From the NCBI GenBank assembly GCA_044375555.1, contig JBILML010000011.1, forward strand, positions 6,345 to 70,344: a stretch of 64,000 bases of DNA, written 5' to 3'. Under the pieces are notes generated by a model. The model was not told the origin of the DNA. It made no database searches and saw only the letters and a list, made by a program, of their open reading frames with translations. Source of the stretch: Terrimicrobiaceae bacterium (GTDB lineage: Bacteria > Verrucomicrobiota > Verrucomicrobiia > Chthoniobacterales > Terrimicrobiaceae). The translations under genes were made by a program, and so were the position numbers. Numbering within the stretch: the stretch's first letter is position 1; every line of letters begins with the position of its first letter. Of the stretch, positions 1 to 8,838 are shown in pieces.

Positions 1-889
1 AAGCGATCGGGTAGCAGCCCTTGGTTTTCGGACTCGTCCACCATTGGGTGGGTTCCAGCGAGAAGTCGGCAAAGTGGATCTTTTGCGTCGATCCATCGGG
101 AGCGATCCAGGTGCCGGAGGAGAAGGAGTCTCGGGTGCCATCCTTGGCACGGATTTGAAAGATCATCAACTCCGAGCCGTTCTCGAATTGGAGGCTGAAC
201 CAATCCCAACCGCTCTGATTCGCGGCGAGTTGGTTGGTGGCCCATTCGTGGTCGAACCAGGTCAGGCCGGAGACGGAGTGGATTTTTTTACCGATTTGAA
301 CAGTGCCGGTGGTGGCCATGCGGGTGAGCGAGTAGTAGTGCGAGGCGCGGCCCTCGCCTTCAGATTTTTGGCTCACTCCATTTTTCCCATGGATCACGGG
401 ATCGCGTTGCGAGCGGAGTGTGAGGTCGACCGACACATCGCCATCCGAGGCGAGGAGGTGAAAATCATGGGGGCCGATGCGTTGGCACGACCATTGATCG
501 ATCCAAGCCAGGCGGTCACCACTCTCGAATCCCGCCTCGCCGAATGCGCCACGGGCGAGCTTTTGGAAATGATGGAATTTTTTTGAGCTGATATCGGAGA
601 CCGCGAAGTGGGCGAACTTCATGTCGCGCTGCAGGAAGTTCGACGCAGGAATCTCGCGACCAGGTTCGATGATGCCTTGGCGAAAAAAGGTCAGCTGGTA
701 GCCGAAATCCTCGCCGTCCTGGGATTCGAGATTCCCCGTGAAATACCACCACTCGGTTTTGAAATCCGTGTGCGTGCCATGGTCTCTTGGGAATTCGTAA
801 TTCCAGCCTGGAAGAGACACGCGCCATTCGGCAAAAGCCGTCGCAGCGCTTGTAAGAATCACTAGAAGAAGAGCGCGCGGGATTGTCAT
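1..889 (-). CDS. AttH/CrtC-like (carotenoid 1,2-hydratase-like, lipocalin-fold) exported protein; 3' end cut by window edge
   Basis: Absent from the ORF track because it runs off the left edge. My own minus-strand translation from the ATG at 887-889 gives MTIPRALLLVILTSAATAFAEWRVSLPGWNYEFPRDHGTHTDFKTEWWYFTGNLESQDGEDFGYQLTFFRQG... It stays open for all 296 codons. It has a signal peptide plus the FPxDHGxHxxxxTEWWYxTG N-terminal signature I associate with the AttH/hydroxyneurosporene-synthase family. Confidence 0.7.
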   Translation of the reverse strand, partial: MTIPRALLLVILTSAATAFAEWRVSLPGWNYEFPRDHGTHTDFKTEWWYFTGNLESQDGEDFGYQLTFFRQGIIEPGREIPASNFLQRDMKFAHFAVSDISSKKFHHFQKLARGAFGEAGFESGDRLAWIDQWSCQRIGPHDFHLLASDGDVSVDLTLRSQRDPVIHGKNGVSQKSEGEGRASHYYSLTRMATTGTVQIGKKIHSVSGLTWFDHEWATNQLAANQSGWDWFSLQFENGSELMIFQIRAKDGTRDSFSSGTWIAPDGSTQKIHFADFSLEPTQWWTSPKTKGCYPIA

Positions 890-898
890 GGGGGGAGA

Positions 899-1588
899 CT
901 AGTTTTCAGCAGCGCCGCCATCAAGCGAGGCTCGGGGTTTTTGATAAAATCGGAGCGCCTCGACCGGGCCGGGAAAATCGGAAAGCCGTGAAATACCTGC
1001 CACGCCGCCCTCGCCGGGATCGCGAACGAGGTATTCAAAACCCTCCTTGCCGCAGACGAGCACGAAATGGGTGACGCCATTGGGATACCGCACCCGGGCG
1101 ATGACAGGGTTCCCACGGAGGAGGTTCCAATCCATGAGAAAAAACGACGGCAAATCCTCGTAGTGGGGGAGGAGTTCGTTGGTTTTCGCCGGGTCGATTT
1201 CAGCGGCTTTCTCCCAATAAATCCAACCCTCCGGCGTGTAGCCGCCTTCGGTTTTTTTTAGGAAGGCATTTAAGGCTCCAGGATCGGTCGCAACGCCGTG
1301 AGTGCCGAGGGCCATGGCAGCCGAGGCGACCGCGCAGCCAACATCGCGGAGCGAATCCGGAGTGTTGCCGAGTGGGGCGTCCGCCCAAAGCGGATCGTTT
1401 TGGAGGAAGTGCGGGCCGTTGATCAGAAGCCTCGCTGGAAAATACAAGCCGCCGGAGGTCGGGAGCGGGCGGGGGAGAATCCAGCCGACGGCCCAGGCGG
1501 CGAGGAGCAAAAGGGCTGTCGAAAAAAAGAAAATCCTCCACGCGGATTTGCGGGGTTTCCTGCTTGGGAATCGACGATCGGCTTCCAT
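899..1588 (-). CDS. Membrane-anchored peptidase C39-like (papain-fold) domain protein
   Basis: Part of ORF 899..1915. I moved the start to the internal ATG at 1586-1588 (MEADRRFPSRKPRKSAWRIFFFSTALLLLAAWAVGW, a basic tail plus one TM helix). The candidate Cys is in DVGCAVASAAMALG and the candidate His in NGVTHFVLVCG, as in C39-like cysteine peptidases. The gene ends 9 bp before the AttH-like gene on the same strand. Confidence 0.6.
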   Translation of the reverse strand: MEADRRFPSRKPRKSAWRIFFFSTALLLLAAWAVGWILPRPLPTSGGLYFPARLLINGPHFLQNDPLWADAPLGNTPDSLRDVGCAVASAAMALGTHGVATDPGALNAFLKKTEGGYTPEGWIYWEKAAEIDPAKTNELLPHYEDLPSFFLMDWNLLRGNPVIARVRYPNGVTHFVLVCGKEGFEYLVRDPGEGGVAGISRLSDFPGPVEALRFYQKPRASLDGGAAEN

Positions 1589-1640
1589 GCTTCGTTTAAC
1601 GAGATTGCGCCAAGCCTGCCTCCTTGGCCATCTTCGAGCG

Positions 1641-2846
1641 ATGTCGGGTTTTGATTTGAATTCCAGTGGCGCAAACCGCGTCTGGATCACGGGCTCATCC
1701 GTGTTAGCGGGAGGCTCCTCTTCGAAGGAGGAAGTTTGGAATGCTCTGGCGAAGGACGAGGTTTTGGCCAAGGCCGCGCCGTCACTCACTGAGTTGGCTT
1801 TTGAAGCGGGTTTGGATTCTGGCGATGCGCGGATTGTTTCGCGAACCCAACTCCTCGCTCTTTCGGTTGTCGAGCGGGCCTGGAAGGCGGCTGGGCTTCC
1901 CGCTTCGCGTAACAAACTACGTGGCGAGGGAAAAAAAAACCGCCATTCGCGAATCGGTGTCGTGGCCGGAAGTTCACTCGGCGGGCTTTGTGCAATGGAT
2001 CAGGACCTGCGATCGGCGGGCGAGCCGTCGCCGTATTCCCTGAGCCGTTGGCGGGGTAATTCGACGGCAGCGGCGGTGGCTTTAAGGTTCGGCGGTGGCG
2101 GCGCGGATTTTTCGACCAATGCGGCCTCGGCCACTGGGGCTCAAACGCTCTATCTTGCGGCTATGCTGGTTCGTTCGGGAGTGCTGGATGCGGTGGTTGC
2201 CGTGGCAGCCGACGAAGCGCCCACGGAAGGAGTGCTCACGGCGATGGAGTCGAACCGAAGCGTGGCGCATTCCTCCGAAGCCCGGCCGCTCGGCGTCTTG
2301 CGCAAGGGGATGAAACCCTGCGAGGGCGCGGCGTGTTTGATTCTGGAATCCGAATCCCACGCGCTGGCCCGGGGCGCCAAGCCGATCGCTGAATGGGTGG
2401 ACGGCGCCGCTGGAAATGAAGCGCGACACTTTCTCGCTCCCGATCCCGAAGGGGAGGTTTTGGGTGAACTTCTCGGCCAAATCCTCGGTCGTCCGGTTCC
2501 GGGTGACGCGGAAAATTTTTGGGCATTGCTGCATGCCACGGGGACCCCACGATTCGATGGAATTGAAATTTCCCGCCTGCGTCGATTTTTCGGGGGCAGC
2601 TTGCCGTGGATCACGGCCGTCAAGCGAACGACCGGCCATGCGCTCGGGGCCTCGGGAATGATCGAGGCTGTGCTGTCGGTGGAAGGCTTGAGACTTCGAA
2701 AAGTGCCTTGCTGGCCATCGAGCACGGACCCCGCGCTGGCGCTGGATGCGTCGCGCCCGGCAAATCCTCCCCAACCGGAATCGGCCTTATTGATCGGGCA
2801 GGGGATGGGCGGAACCGTGGTGTTGAATCTTCTGGCGCGGCGATAG
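1641..2846 (+). CDS. Beta-ketoacyl synthase (FabF/FabB-like) paralog with Ser replacing the active-site Cys
   Basis: Part of ORF 1302..2846. The likely start is the ATG at 1641 (MSGFDLNSSGANRVWITGSS); the ATG at 1587 is an alternative. KAS motifs are present: STNAASATGAQ where FabF has ATACTSG (Cys to Ser), LLHATGTPRFD (first His), and KRTTGHALGASG (Lys and second His). Confidence 0.75.
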   Translation: MSGFDLNSSGANRVWITGSSVLAGGSSSKEEVWNALAKDEVLAKAAPSLTELAFEAGLDSGDARIVSRTQLLALSVVERAWKAAGLPASRNKLRGEGKKNRHSRIGVVAGSSLGGLCAMDQDLRSAGEPSPYSLSRWRGNSTAAAVALRFGGGGADFSTNAASATGAQTLYLAAMLVRSGVLDAVVAVAADEAPTEGVLTAMESNRSVAHSSEARPLGVLRKGMKPCEGAACLILESESHALARGAKPIAEWVDGAAGNEARHFLAPDPEGEVLGELLGQILGRPVPGDAENFWALLHATGTPRFDGIEISRLRRFFGGSLPWITAVKRTTGHALGASGMIEAVLSVEGLRLRKVPCWPSSTDPALALDASRPANPPQPESALLIGQGMGGTVVLNLLARR

Positions 2847-2851
2847 GGCGC

Positions 2852-2885
2852 AAAAAAAAACGCGGCATTTTCATGCCGCGTTTTT
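2852..2885. terminator. Bidirectional intrinsic terminator between the convergent KAS-like and rplK genes
   Basis: Layout is A9 (2852-2860), stem cgcggcat (2861-2868), loop tttc, stem atgccgcg (2873-2880), then T5 (2881-2885). The stem is a perfect 8 bp, with an A-run on one side and a T-run on the other. Confidence 0.65.
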
Positions 2886-2905
2886 CAGTAATTGTTTTGG
2901 AAGAA

Positions 2906-3331
2906 TTATTCTCCGACTTCGAGACCCATTTGGCGGGCCGTGCCGCAGAGGGTGCGGAAAGCGGCTTCTTCGTTGCGGGCGTTCATGTCCTTCATCTTCA
3001 CTTTGACGATGTCCATGACCTGCTTCTTGGTGATCTTTCCGACCTTGGTCTTGTTCGGTTCCTTGGATCCCGAGGCGATGCCGGCGGCTTTTTTGAGAAG
3101 GATCGCGGCGGGTGGGGATTTGGTGATGAAAGTGAAGCTCTTGTCTTTGTAAACAGTGATGACAACGGGGAGGATGTCGCCCGATTGCTTCTGGGTTGCC
3201 GCGTTGAATTCTTTGCAGAACGCCATGATGTTCACACCCTGTTGTCCCAGAGCGGGACCGACGGGTGGTGCCGGGTTTGCGGCGCCGGCGGGAATCTGCA
3301 ATTTGATCTGTCCTACGATTTCTTTAGCCAT
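2906..3331 (-). CDS. rplK: 50S ribosomal protein L11
   Basis: [46 protein letters not shown]... is the canonical L11 N-terminal domain. The start is set at the ATG at 3329-3331 rather than the upstream in-frame Met of ORF 2906..3370. Confidence 0.92.
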   Translation of the reverse strand: MAKEIVGQIKLQIPAGAANPAPPVGPALGQQGVNIMAFCKEFNAATQKQSGDILPVVITVYKDKSFTFITKSPPAAILLKKAAGIASGSKEPNKTKVGKITKKQVMDIVKVKMKDMNARNEEAAFRTLCGTARQMGLEVGE

Positions 3332-3418
3332 ATGAAAAATGTCCCGCAGTTTTTTGCGGAAAAGGGGCACAGGGAATCACGCCCGGGCCCGGGTTGACAA
3401 GGAGATTTTGGTTTTATT

Positions 3419-3895
3419 TCAGAGCGAGGCGAGGACTTCGGCGATTTTGTTGAAGTCGGGCAGGTCTTTCGGGGTGGCGGTTTGCTCGCTGTGGCGGACG
3501 ACGCCGGCTTTATCGATCACAAACGCCGCGCGGGCGGAGGTGGAGCCGAATCCAAGGAGGTCGGGTAGAAGGACGCCATAGGCGGCGGCGGTTTCCTTGT
3601 TCAGGTCGCTGAGGAGCGGGATTTTGATGCCCTCTTTTTTCGCCCAGGCGTCTTGTGCGAAGGGGCTGTCCACGCTGATGCCGACCACTTCGGCGTTGAG
3701 CGACTCGTATTTCGAGAGGCCGGCGGTGACATCGCAGAGTTCTTGGGTGCAGACGCCGGTGAAGGCGAGCGGGAAAAAAAGGATGACGGTATTTTTTTGG
3801 CCGAGATTCGCGGAGAGCGAGTAGTCGGCTGGGCCGCTGGAGGTGACGGTCTTGAGGGTGAATTCGGGTGCTTTGGTGCCGGGTGCGATTGCCAT
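3419..3895 (-). CDS. Peroxiredoxin (AhpC/TSA-redoxin family)
   Basis: MAIAPGTKAPEFTLK...VILFFPLAFTGVCTQELC...VVGISVDSPFAQDAWAKKEGI carries the peroxidatic Cys motif FTxVCxxE. The start is set at the internal ATG at 3893-3895. Confidence 0.85.
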   Translation of the reverse strand: MAIAPGTKAPEFTLKTVTSSGPADYSLSANLGQKNTVILFFPLAFTGVCTQELCDVTAGLSKYESLNAEVVGISVDSPFAQDAWAKKEGIKIPLLSDLNKETAAAYGVLLPDLLGFGSTSARAAFVIDKAGVVRHSEQTATPKDLPDFNKIAEVLASL

Positions 3896-3970
3896 GATAT
3901 TTGGATTGGTTTGAGAGCCGCGCATTGTGTCCGGCGCGGGCTGGATGTCAATCGCCGGACTTCGGTGAAA

Positions 3971-4561
3971 TCAATGGCCGTCTGGCTCGGCTGTCTCGAG
4001 GAGCTTTTTCGGAAGGGCGTCGCGGAGTGCGTGGAGGGCCTTGCGTTTTTTTGCCGCCTCGATGCGGGAGAAAATCCCATCCCACACGATGAGAGAGATG
4101 GGGTAGGAAATGAGAGCGAGAATTATTGCGGAAGGCAGGATTCCGAGCATGTAGGGCAGGGGGGCGGCGGCGAGGGACGAGAGAAATTGGCCTTCGGCGA
4201 TGTGGATCGGGTCGCGGCCCATCATGAAGCATCCGAGTCGGTATTGGAGATAGACGATGAAGGGGGTCGTGAAGGGATTGCTGATCCAGGTGCCGGTCAT
4301 GGCGGCAGGGACATTGACGCGGGTGATGTAGGCGATGATCCCGGCGCCAAGCATTTGGAAGGGCAGGGGAGGCATCAGGGCGAAAAAGGCCCCGAGGGCT
4401 ATGCCGGAGGCAAAGCGCTGGCGGGTGGGATGCCAGAGTTCGGAATCGAATAACCTGTCTCCGAAAAGCCGGTGGACCATCGTCCCCTTGATGTGCTTGC
4501 GGCGGGGGAGATGACGGAGGTATTTGCCGAGTTTGGTTCGGCGCCAGTGGATGGGTTTCAT
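3971..4561 (-). CDS. DUF2062 family membrane protein
   Basis: RLFDSELWHPTRQRFASGIALGAFFALMPPLPFQMLGAGIIAYITRVNVPAAMTGTWISNPFTTPF matches my recollection of the DUF2062 core. Multiple hydrophobic segments are present. Confidence 0.65.
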   Translation of the reverse strand: MKPIHWRRTKLGKYLRHLPRRKHIKGTMVHRLFGDRLFDSELWHPTRQRFASGIALGAFFALMPPLPFQMLGAGIIAYITRVNVPAAMTGTWISNPFTTPFIVYLQYRLGCFMMGRDPIHIAEGQFLSSLAAAPLPYMLGILPSAIILALISYPISLIVWDGIFSRIEAAKKRKALHALRDALPKKLLETAEPDGH

Positions 4562-4611
4562 TGCTACCGCTTGGGATGGTCTTGGGACTTGCCAGCGAAC
4601 ATCGCTTCTGA

Positions 4612-4965
<354 letters not shown>

Positions 4966-4986
4966 GATCGGCTCCGTCTCTGCCGG

Positions 4987-5832
4987 GTGAACAATTTTCA
5001 AGCCTTCATCCTCGGACTTGTCGAGGGACTCACCGAGTATCTGCCAGTCAGCTCGACCGGGCATTTGCTCGTCACCCAAAGGCTGCTCGGGATCGACTCG
5101 AGCAATTCGGCGGACGCCTTTGCGATCTGCATCCAGGTCGGGGCGATCCTGGCCGTTCTTGGGCTCTACCGCCTGCGCGTGTGGAAAATGACGCTCGGGA
5201 TGCTCGGTCGGGACGCCGAAGGACGCCATCTTGCGCTCAGTATCATCCTCGCCTTCCTGCCCGCGGCGGTGATCGGATTGCTGCTCGAGAAGACGATCAA
5301 AAAATACCTTTTCGGCGGCGAGGAATGGGGACTCTGGCCTGTCGTGGCGGCTTGGTTTTTCGGCGGCGTGGCGATTCTGGCGGTAACGATATTTCGCCGG
5401 ATGCGCGGGGTCACTCCACGCTCGGGCTTCGAGCTCGAGCAAATAACCTGGCGCATGGCGTTTCTCATCGGGCTCATTCAATGCCTCGCCATGTGGCCCG
5501 GGGTGAGTCGGAGTCTGCTGACGATTGTCGGCGGCTTGTTGGTCGGCTTGTCCGTGCCAGCTGCGGTGGAGTTCAGTTTTTTACTGGGGGTCGTCACGCT
5601 CTCGGCTGCCACGGCCTACGATGGTTTGAAATACGGGCAGGAAATGCTCGAGCACTATGGTGCCGTTCCTTTGCTCATCGGCCTCGGCGCGGCATGGCTC
5701 TCGGCGGTGATTGCTGTGAAGTGGATGGTCGGCTACCTGAAGTCCCACGGCTTGGAGATCTTCGGTTGGTATCGCATCGCCGCCGCGATTGTGGTGGCGG
5801 CGTGGTTGCTGTGGCCGACGATGTTCAAGTGA
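4987..5832 (+). CDS. uppP: Undecaprenyl-diphosphate phosphatase
   Basis: The UppP/BacA N-terminal signature is present (FILGLVEGLTEYLPVSSTGHLL). The protein is polytopic and 281 aa long, with a GTG start. Confidence 0.9.
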   Translation: MNNFQAFILGLVEGLTEYLPVSSTGHLLVTQRLLGIDSSNSADAFAICIQVGAILAVLGLYRLRVWKMTLGMLGRDAEGRHLALSIILAFLPAAVIGLLLEKTIKKYLFGGEEWGLWPVVAAWFFGGVAILAVTIFRRMRGVTPRSGFELEQITWRMAFLIGLIQCLAMWPGVSRSLLTIVGGLLVGLSVPAAVEFSFLLGVVTLSAATAYDGLKYGQEMLEHYGAVPLLIGLGAAWLSAVIAVKWMVGYLKSHGLEIFGWYRIAAAIVVAAWLLWPTMFK

Positions 5833-5870
5833 GGACTTCCTTTTCGTGGGAGCCTCTTTAGTTTCGCGCC

Positions 5871-6278
5871 ATGCAGGAAACGATTTTGCCCGATTTGCAG
5901 GCGTGTGTCCTTTGCGAGGATGTGCGGCAAGAGGCGAGCGGCCAGCAAACCCTGGTTGGCATCATCGGCATGATTCCCGCTCCGGCCATTCCGCTCGGTT
6001 TTTTCAAGCTCTGCCTCTGGACCCGCTGGTGTGGCGGCATCGGCAAATTCACCCAGCACTCGGCGATCCTCAACCCCGAGGATGAGGAGCCCATTGCTTC
6101 CAGTGAAGTGTATTTCCAACTCCCTGCCCTCGATGCCCACGCCACGAATGTGCATGTCTTCGGGGGAATTCAATTCACCCGCCAAGGAATCTACACCGTC
6201 GAGATCAAGATCGACGGCGAACTCCGCCTCCGCTTTCCGCTCCCTGTTGTTCCTTTGCAGGCCCTGCCGGAATCCTAA
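5871..6278 (+). CDS. Conserved hypothetical protein (135 aa)
   Basis: A clean ORF with genome-typical codon usage and no family I can name with confidence. A hairpin follows it. Confidence 0.5.
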   Translation: MQETILPDLQACVLCEDVRQEASGQQTLVGIIGMIPAPAIPLGFFKLCLWTRWCGGIGKFTQHSAILNPEDEEPIASSEVYFQLPALDAHATNVHVFGGIQFTRQGIYTVEIKIDGELRLRFPLPVVPLQALPES

Positions 6279-6286
6279 AAAAAGAA

Positions 6287-6313
6287 GCGCGGCCCCCTTT
6301 CGGATGGCCGCGC
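6287..6313 (-). terminator. Intrinsic terminator, best oriented for the minus-strand small peptide gene
   Basis: Stem gcgcggcc (6287-6294) pairs with ggccgcgc (6306-6313) around an 11-nt loop. On the minus strand the hairpin is followed by a T-run (plus strand aaaaaaag at 6278-6285). Confidence 0.5.
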
Positions 6314-6333
6314 CCGTGATTTAGCGGAGTGCG

Positions 6334-6486
6334 TTACTTATTGCAGTTTTTGCACTCGTCGCACTTGCCTTTGCAGCAGGTGGCGCAGTCTTTGTCCTTG
6401 CAGCATTCGGGGCATTTCGACCCGGCAGCTTGCAACGAACCGACGGCCACGAGGGCAACGGCGATGGCTGTGAGAATGGATTTCAT
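6334..6486 (-). CDS. Small exported cysteine-rich peptide (50 aa precursor, about 30 aa mature, 9 Cys)
   Basis: Internal ATG of ORF 6334..6630. The sequence is MKSILTAIAVALVAVGSLQA / AGSKCPECCKDKDCATCCKGKCDECKNCNK. It has a typical Sec signal peptide, an AG-rich stretch upstream of the ATG and a terminator hairpin downstream. Confidence 0.55.
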   Translation of the reverse strand: MKSILTAIAVALVAVGSLQAAGSKCPECCKDKDCATCCKGKCDECKNCNK

Positions 6487-6551
6487 ATTGGATTCTTTCT
6501 TTGAAATTTCTTTCTTGGGTTTCGTCCGGAAAAACCGGACCCGGCGCGAAG

Positions 6552-6875
6552 TTAGGCCAGGCCTCGTGGTGGGGGAGTGGGTGGCTTCGCGAAGCGTGCC
6601 TCGGCCACCAAGGCGGTGGATGGCCAGCAAACGGCCTGAAAATCTGGAGCAGGGAGGTGGACTTTCGAAAAATCAGCAATCAGGGAAACGCTGGAGGGTG
6701 CAGCGGGGCAGGTTCGGCAACCGCAGGCGGCCATGGGCAAGGGCTCGGATGGATCGGCGCAGCAGCAATTCGAGAAGTCGTCGTGCTGGTGAGGAGTGGC
6801 GGGTAAGAGAGCAATCATCGGAAAGGCGAGAGACGCCACCGAGAATAGGACTGCGATTGCGAGAATTTTGACCAC
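6552..6875 (-). CDS. Hypothetical exported/membrane protein with a His- and Cys-rich segment
   Basis: MVKILAIAVLFSVASLAFPMIALLPATPHQHDDFSNCCCADPSEPLPMAACGCRTCP... has a hydrophobic N-terminus. Third-position GC is consistent with coding. It lies immediately upstream of the Cys-rich peptide gene on the same strand. I recognise no family. Confidence 0.4.
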   Translation of the reverse strand: MVKILAIAVLFSVASLAFPMIALLPATPHQHDDFSNCCCADPSEPLPMAACGCRTCPAAPSSVSLIADFSKVHLPAPDFQAVCWPSTALVAEARFAKPPTPPPRGLA

Positions 6876-6978
6876 GGAGGAAAGCTAGGCGTTTTCTTGC
6901 GCGGCGCAAGGGGTGGCAAGTTTCGGTTCGACGGACGAGGAGGGATCGTCCAGTTTCTGGACCCTTTTTTAAACGACC

Positions 6979-8829
6979 ATGCTGACTCTTTCGCAAGTAA
7001 CCAAATCCTATGCTGGGCGTGTCCTGTTTGAGGATGCCGCCCTGCAGGTGAATGTCCGAGACCGGATCGGCCTCATTGGTCCGAACGGTGCGGGCAAATC
7101 CACTCTCTTCGGGCTGCTGCTCGGACACGACGAACCGGATGATGGCGTGGTGGTGACGCAGCGTGGAACGCGAGTGGGCTATCTGCCTCAAGAAACCGCA
7201 TCAGTGAGCGCGCACACGGTGATGGAACTCGCCGCCGGGCCTGAGGCCGACGGGCGGGCGGAGGCGATGGCGAAGCGGATTCTTTCGGGTCTCGCATTTC
7301 GTGAGGGGGACTTCCACCGGCCACTCCGTGAGCTGAGTGGCGGCTGGATCATGCGGGCGCACTTGGCGAGGTTGCTCGTCGAGGAGCCGGATTTGTTGCT
7401 GTTGGACGAACCCACGAACCACCTCGATCTCGAAACCCTCGGGTGGTTTCAAAACCATCTCTCTGGCTATCCCGGTGCGATTTTGGCGATCTCTCACGAT
7501 CGGGAATTTCTGAATCTCATCTGCAAAGGGATCGTCGAAATTCGTCACCGCAAACTCGTCCGCTACCACGGAAACTACGATGCGTGCCTGGAGCAGAAAA
7601 AAGCCCGCGAGGAGCAGCACCTCGCCGCGTATCGCAACCAGCAGCGCGAGATCGCGCATTTGGAGAGTTTCATCAATCGCTTCCGTGCCAAGGCCAGCAA
7701 GGCCGCGCAGGCCCAGGACCGCATCAAGCAACTCGCCCGCATGGAGCGCATCGAGGCTCCGGAGTCCGACGAGGCGACCGTTCATTTCCGTTTTCCGCAA
7801 CCGCCGAGGGGTGGTCAGCGGGCCATTGCGCTGAAGGGTGTGAAGCAGGCCTACGGCGAGCATGTGGTTTACGAAAACCTCGACCTCGAAGTGGAGCGTG
7901 GCCAGCGCACGGTGTTGGTCGGTCCGAATGGCGCGGGCAAATCCACGCTTCTGAAAATTCTCGGGGGTCTGGTTGAGTTGTCGGGCGGGGAGCGCGTTCC
8001 AGGCCATAATTGTTCCATCGGCTATTTCGCCCAGCACCGGGCGGAGGGGCTGGATGCCAAACGCAGCATTCTCGCCGAGGTCCAATCCATCGCCCGCCCG
8101 GTCCCCGAGCAGGCTGCGCGCACCGTCCTTGGGGCGTTTCTTTTCCGGGGTGACGATGTGTTTAAGCCGATCGGTGTTCTCAGCGGTGGAGAAAAAAGCC
8201 GTGTGGCGCTGGTGAAGCTCCTGCTCGATCCGCCGAATTTTCTATTGCTCGACGAGCCGACTACGCACCTCGACATGCCCAGCATTGATGCGTTGATCAA
8301 CGCGCTGAAACCCTACGAGGGAACGATTTTTTTCGTGAGTCACGATGTGCATTTCATTCGAGCCATCGCGACCTCGGTGATCCATGTGCAGGCTGGAACA
8401 CTCACTCCCTACGCGGGTGGCTACGAGTATTTCCGGGAGAAAACCCAGGCTGTTGGCGGCGAGCGTGCGGCCACGGTTGCGAGTCTTGGAAATTTCCAGC
8501 CGGATCGGGTCGTCGAAAAATCCAGCGAGGGTCCGAAGCTCGGCCTCAAGGAAATCAAAGCCCAGCGCCGCGCCGAAGCCGAGGCGCGGAAGGCCGAATC
8601 CGCCGCACGCCGCGCCATCGAGAAGCGGGCGATCGATCTCGAGCGTGAGATCTATGCAATGGAAAATCGCCAGCGCGAGCTGACGGCGATCCTTGAGAGC
8701 CCCGAAACCTACGACAATCCCGGTCTCGCGATGGAAACAAACCGAGAGCTCGCCGGATTAGGCGACTCACTGGAAAAAGCAAACGTGGACTGGATGGCCG
8801 CTCAGGCGGAACTTCAGGCAAAAGCCTAA
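6979..8829 (+). CDS. ABC-F family ATPase (two ABC domains plus a C-terminal coiled coil; Uup/YheS-like)
   Basis: Two Walker A sites are present (GLIGPNGAGKST, LVGPNGAGKSTL) and two signature motifs (LSGGW, LSGGEKSR). There is no TM domain, and the tail is a charged coiled coil. Confidence 0.9.
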   Translation: MLTLSQVTKSYAGRVLFEDAALQVNVRDRIGLIGPNGAGKSTLFGLLLGHDEPDDGVVVTQRGTRVGYLPQETASVSAHTVMELAAGPEADGRAEAMAKRILSGLAFREGDFHRPLRELSGGWIMRAHLARLLVEEPDLLLLDEPTNHLDLETLGWFQNHLSGYPGAILAISHDREFLNLICKGIVEIRHRKLVRYHGNYDACLEQKKAREEQHLAAYRNQQREIAHLESFINRFRAKASKAAQAQDRIKQLARMERIEAPESDEATVHFRFPQPPRGGQRAIALKGVKQAYGEHVVYENLDLEVERGQRTVLVGPNGAGKSTLLKILGGLVELSGGERVPGHNCSIGYFAQHRAEGLDAKRSILAEVQSIARPVPEQAARTVLGAFLFRGDDVFKPIGVLSGGEKSRVALVKLLLDPPNFLLLDEPTTHLDMPSIDALINALKPYEGTIFFVSHDVHFIRAIATSVIHVQAGTLTPYAGGYEYFREKTQAVGGERAATVASLGNFQPDRVVEKSSEGPKLGLKEIKAQRRAEAEARKAESAARRAIEKRAIDLEREIYAMENRQRELTAILESPETYDNPGLAMETNRELAGLGDSLEKANVDWMAAQAELQAKA

Positions 8830-8838
8830 ATCTCCAGA

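Noticed and set aside
44-586. The 180-aa plus-strand ORF at the left edge, and similar long ORFs opposite real genes. Examples are 4564-5481(-), 8911-9948(+), 14476-15990(+), 16262-17392(-), 41865-43601(+), 44518-45597(-), 50517-51398(-) and 60131-62161(+).
   Set aside because: These are shadow ORFs typical of high-GC DNA. They lie antisense to genes with clear family signatures, have Arg/Gly/Ala/Asp-rich low-complexity composition, and contain no recognisable motifs.
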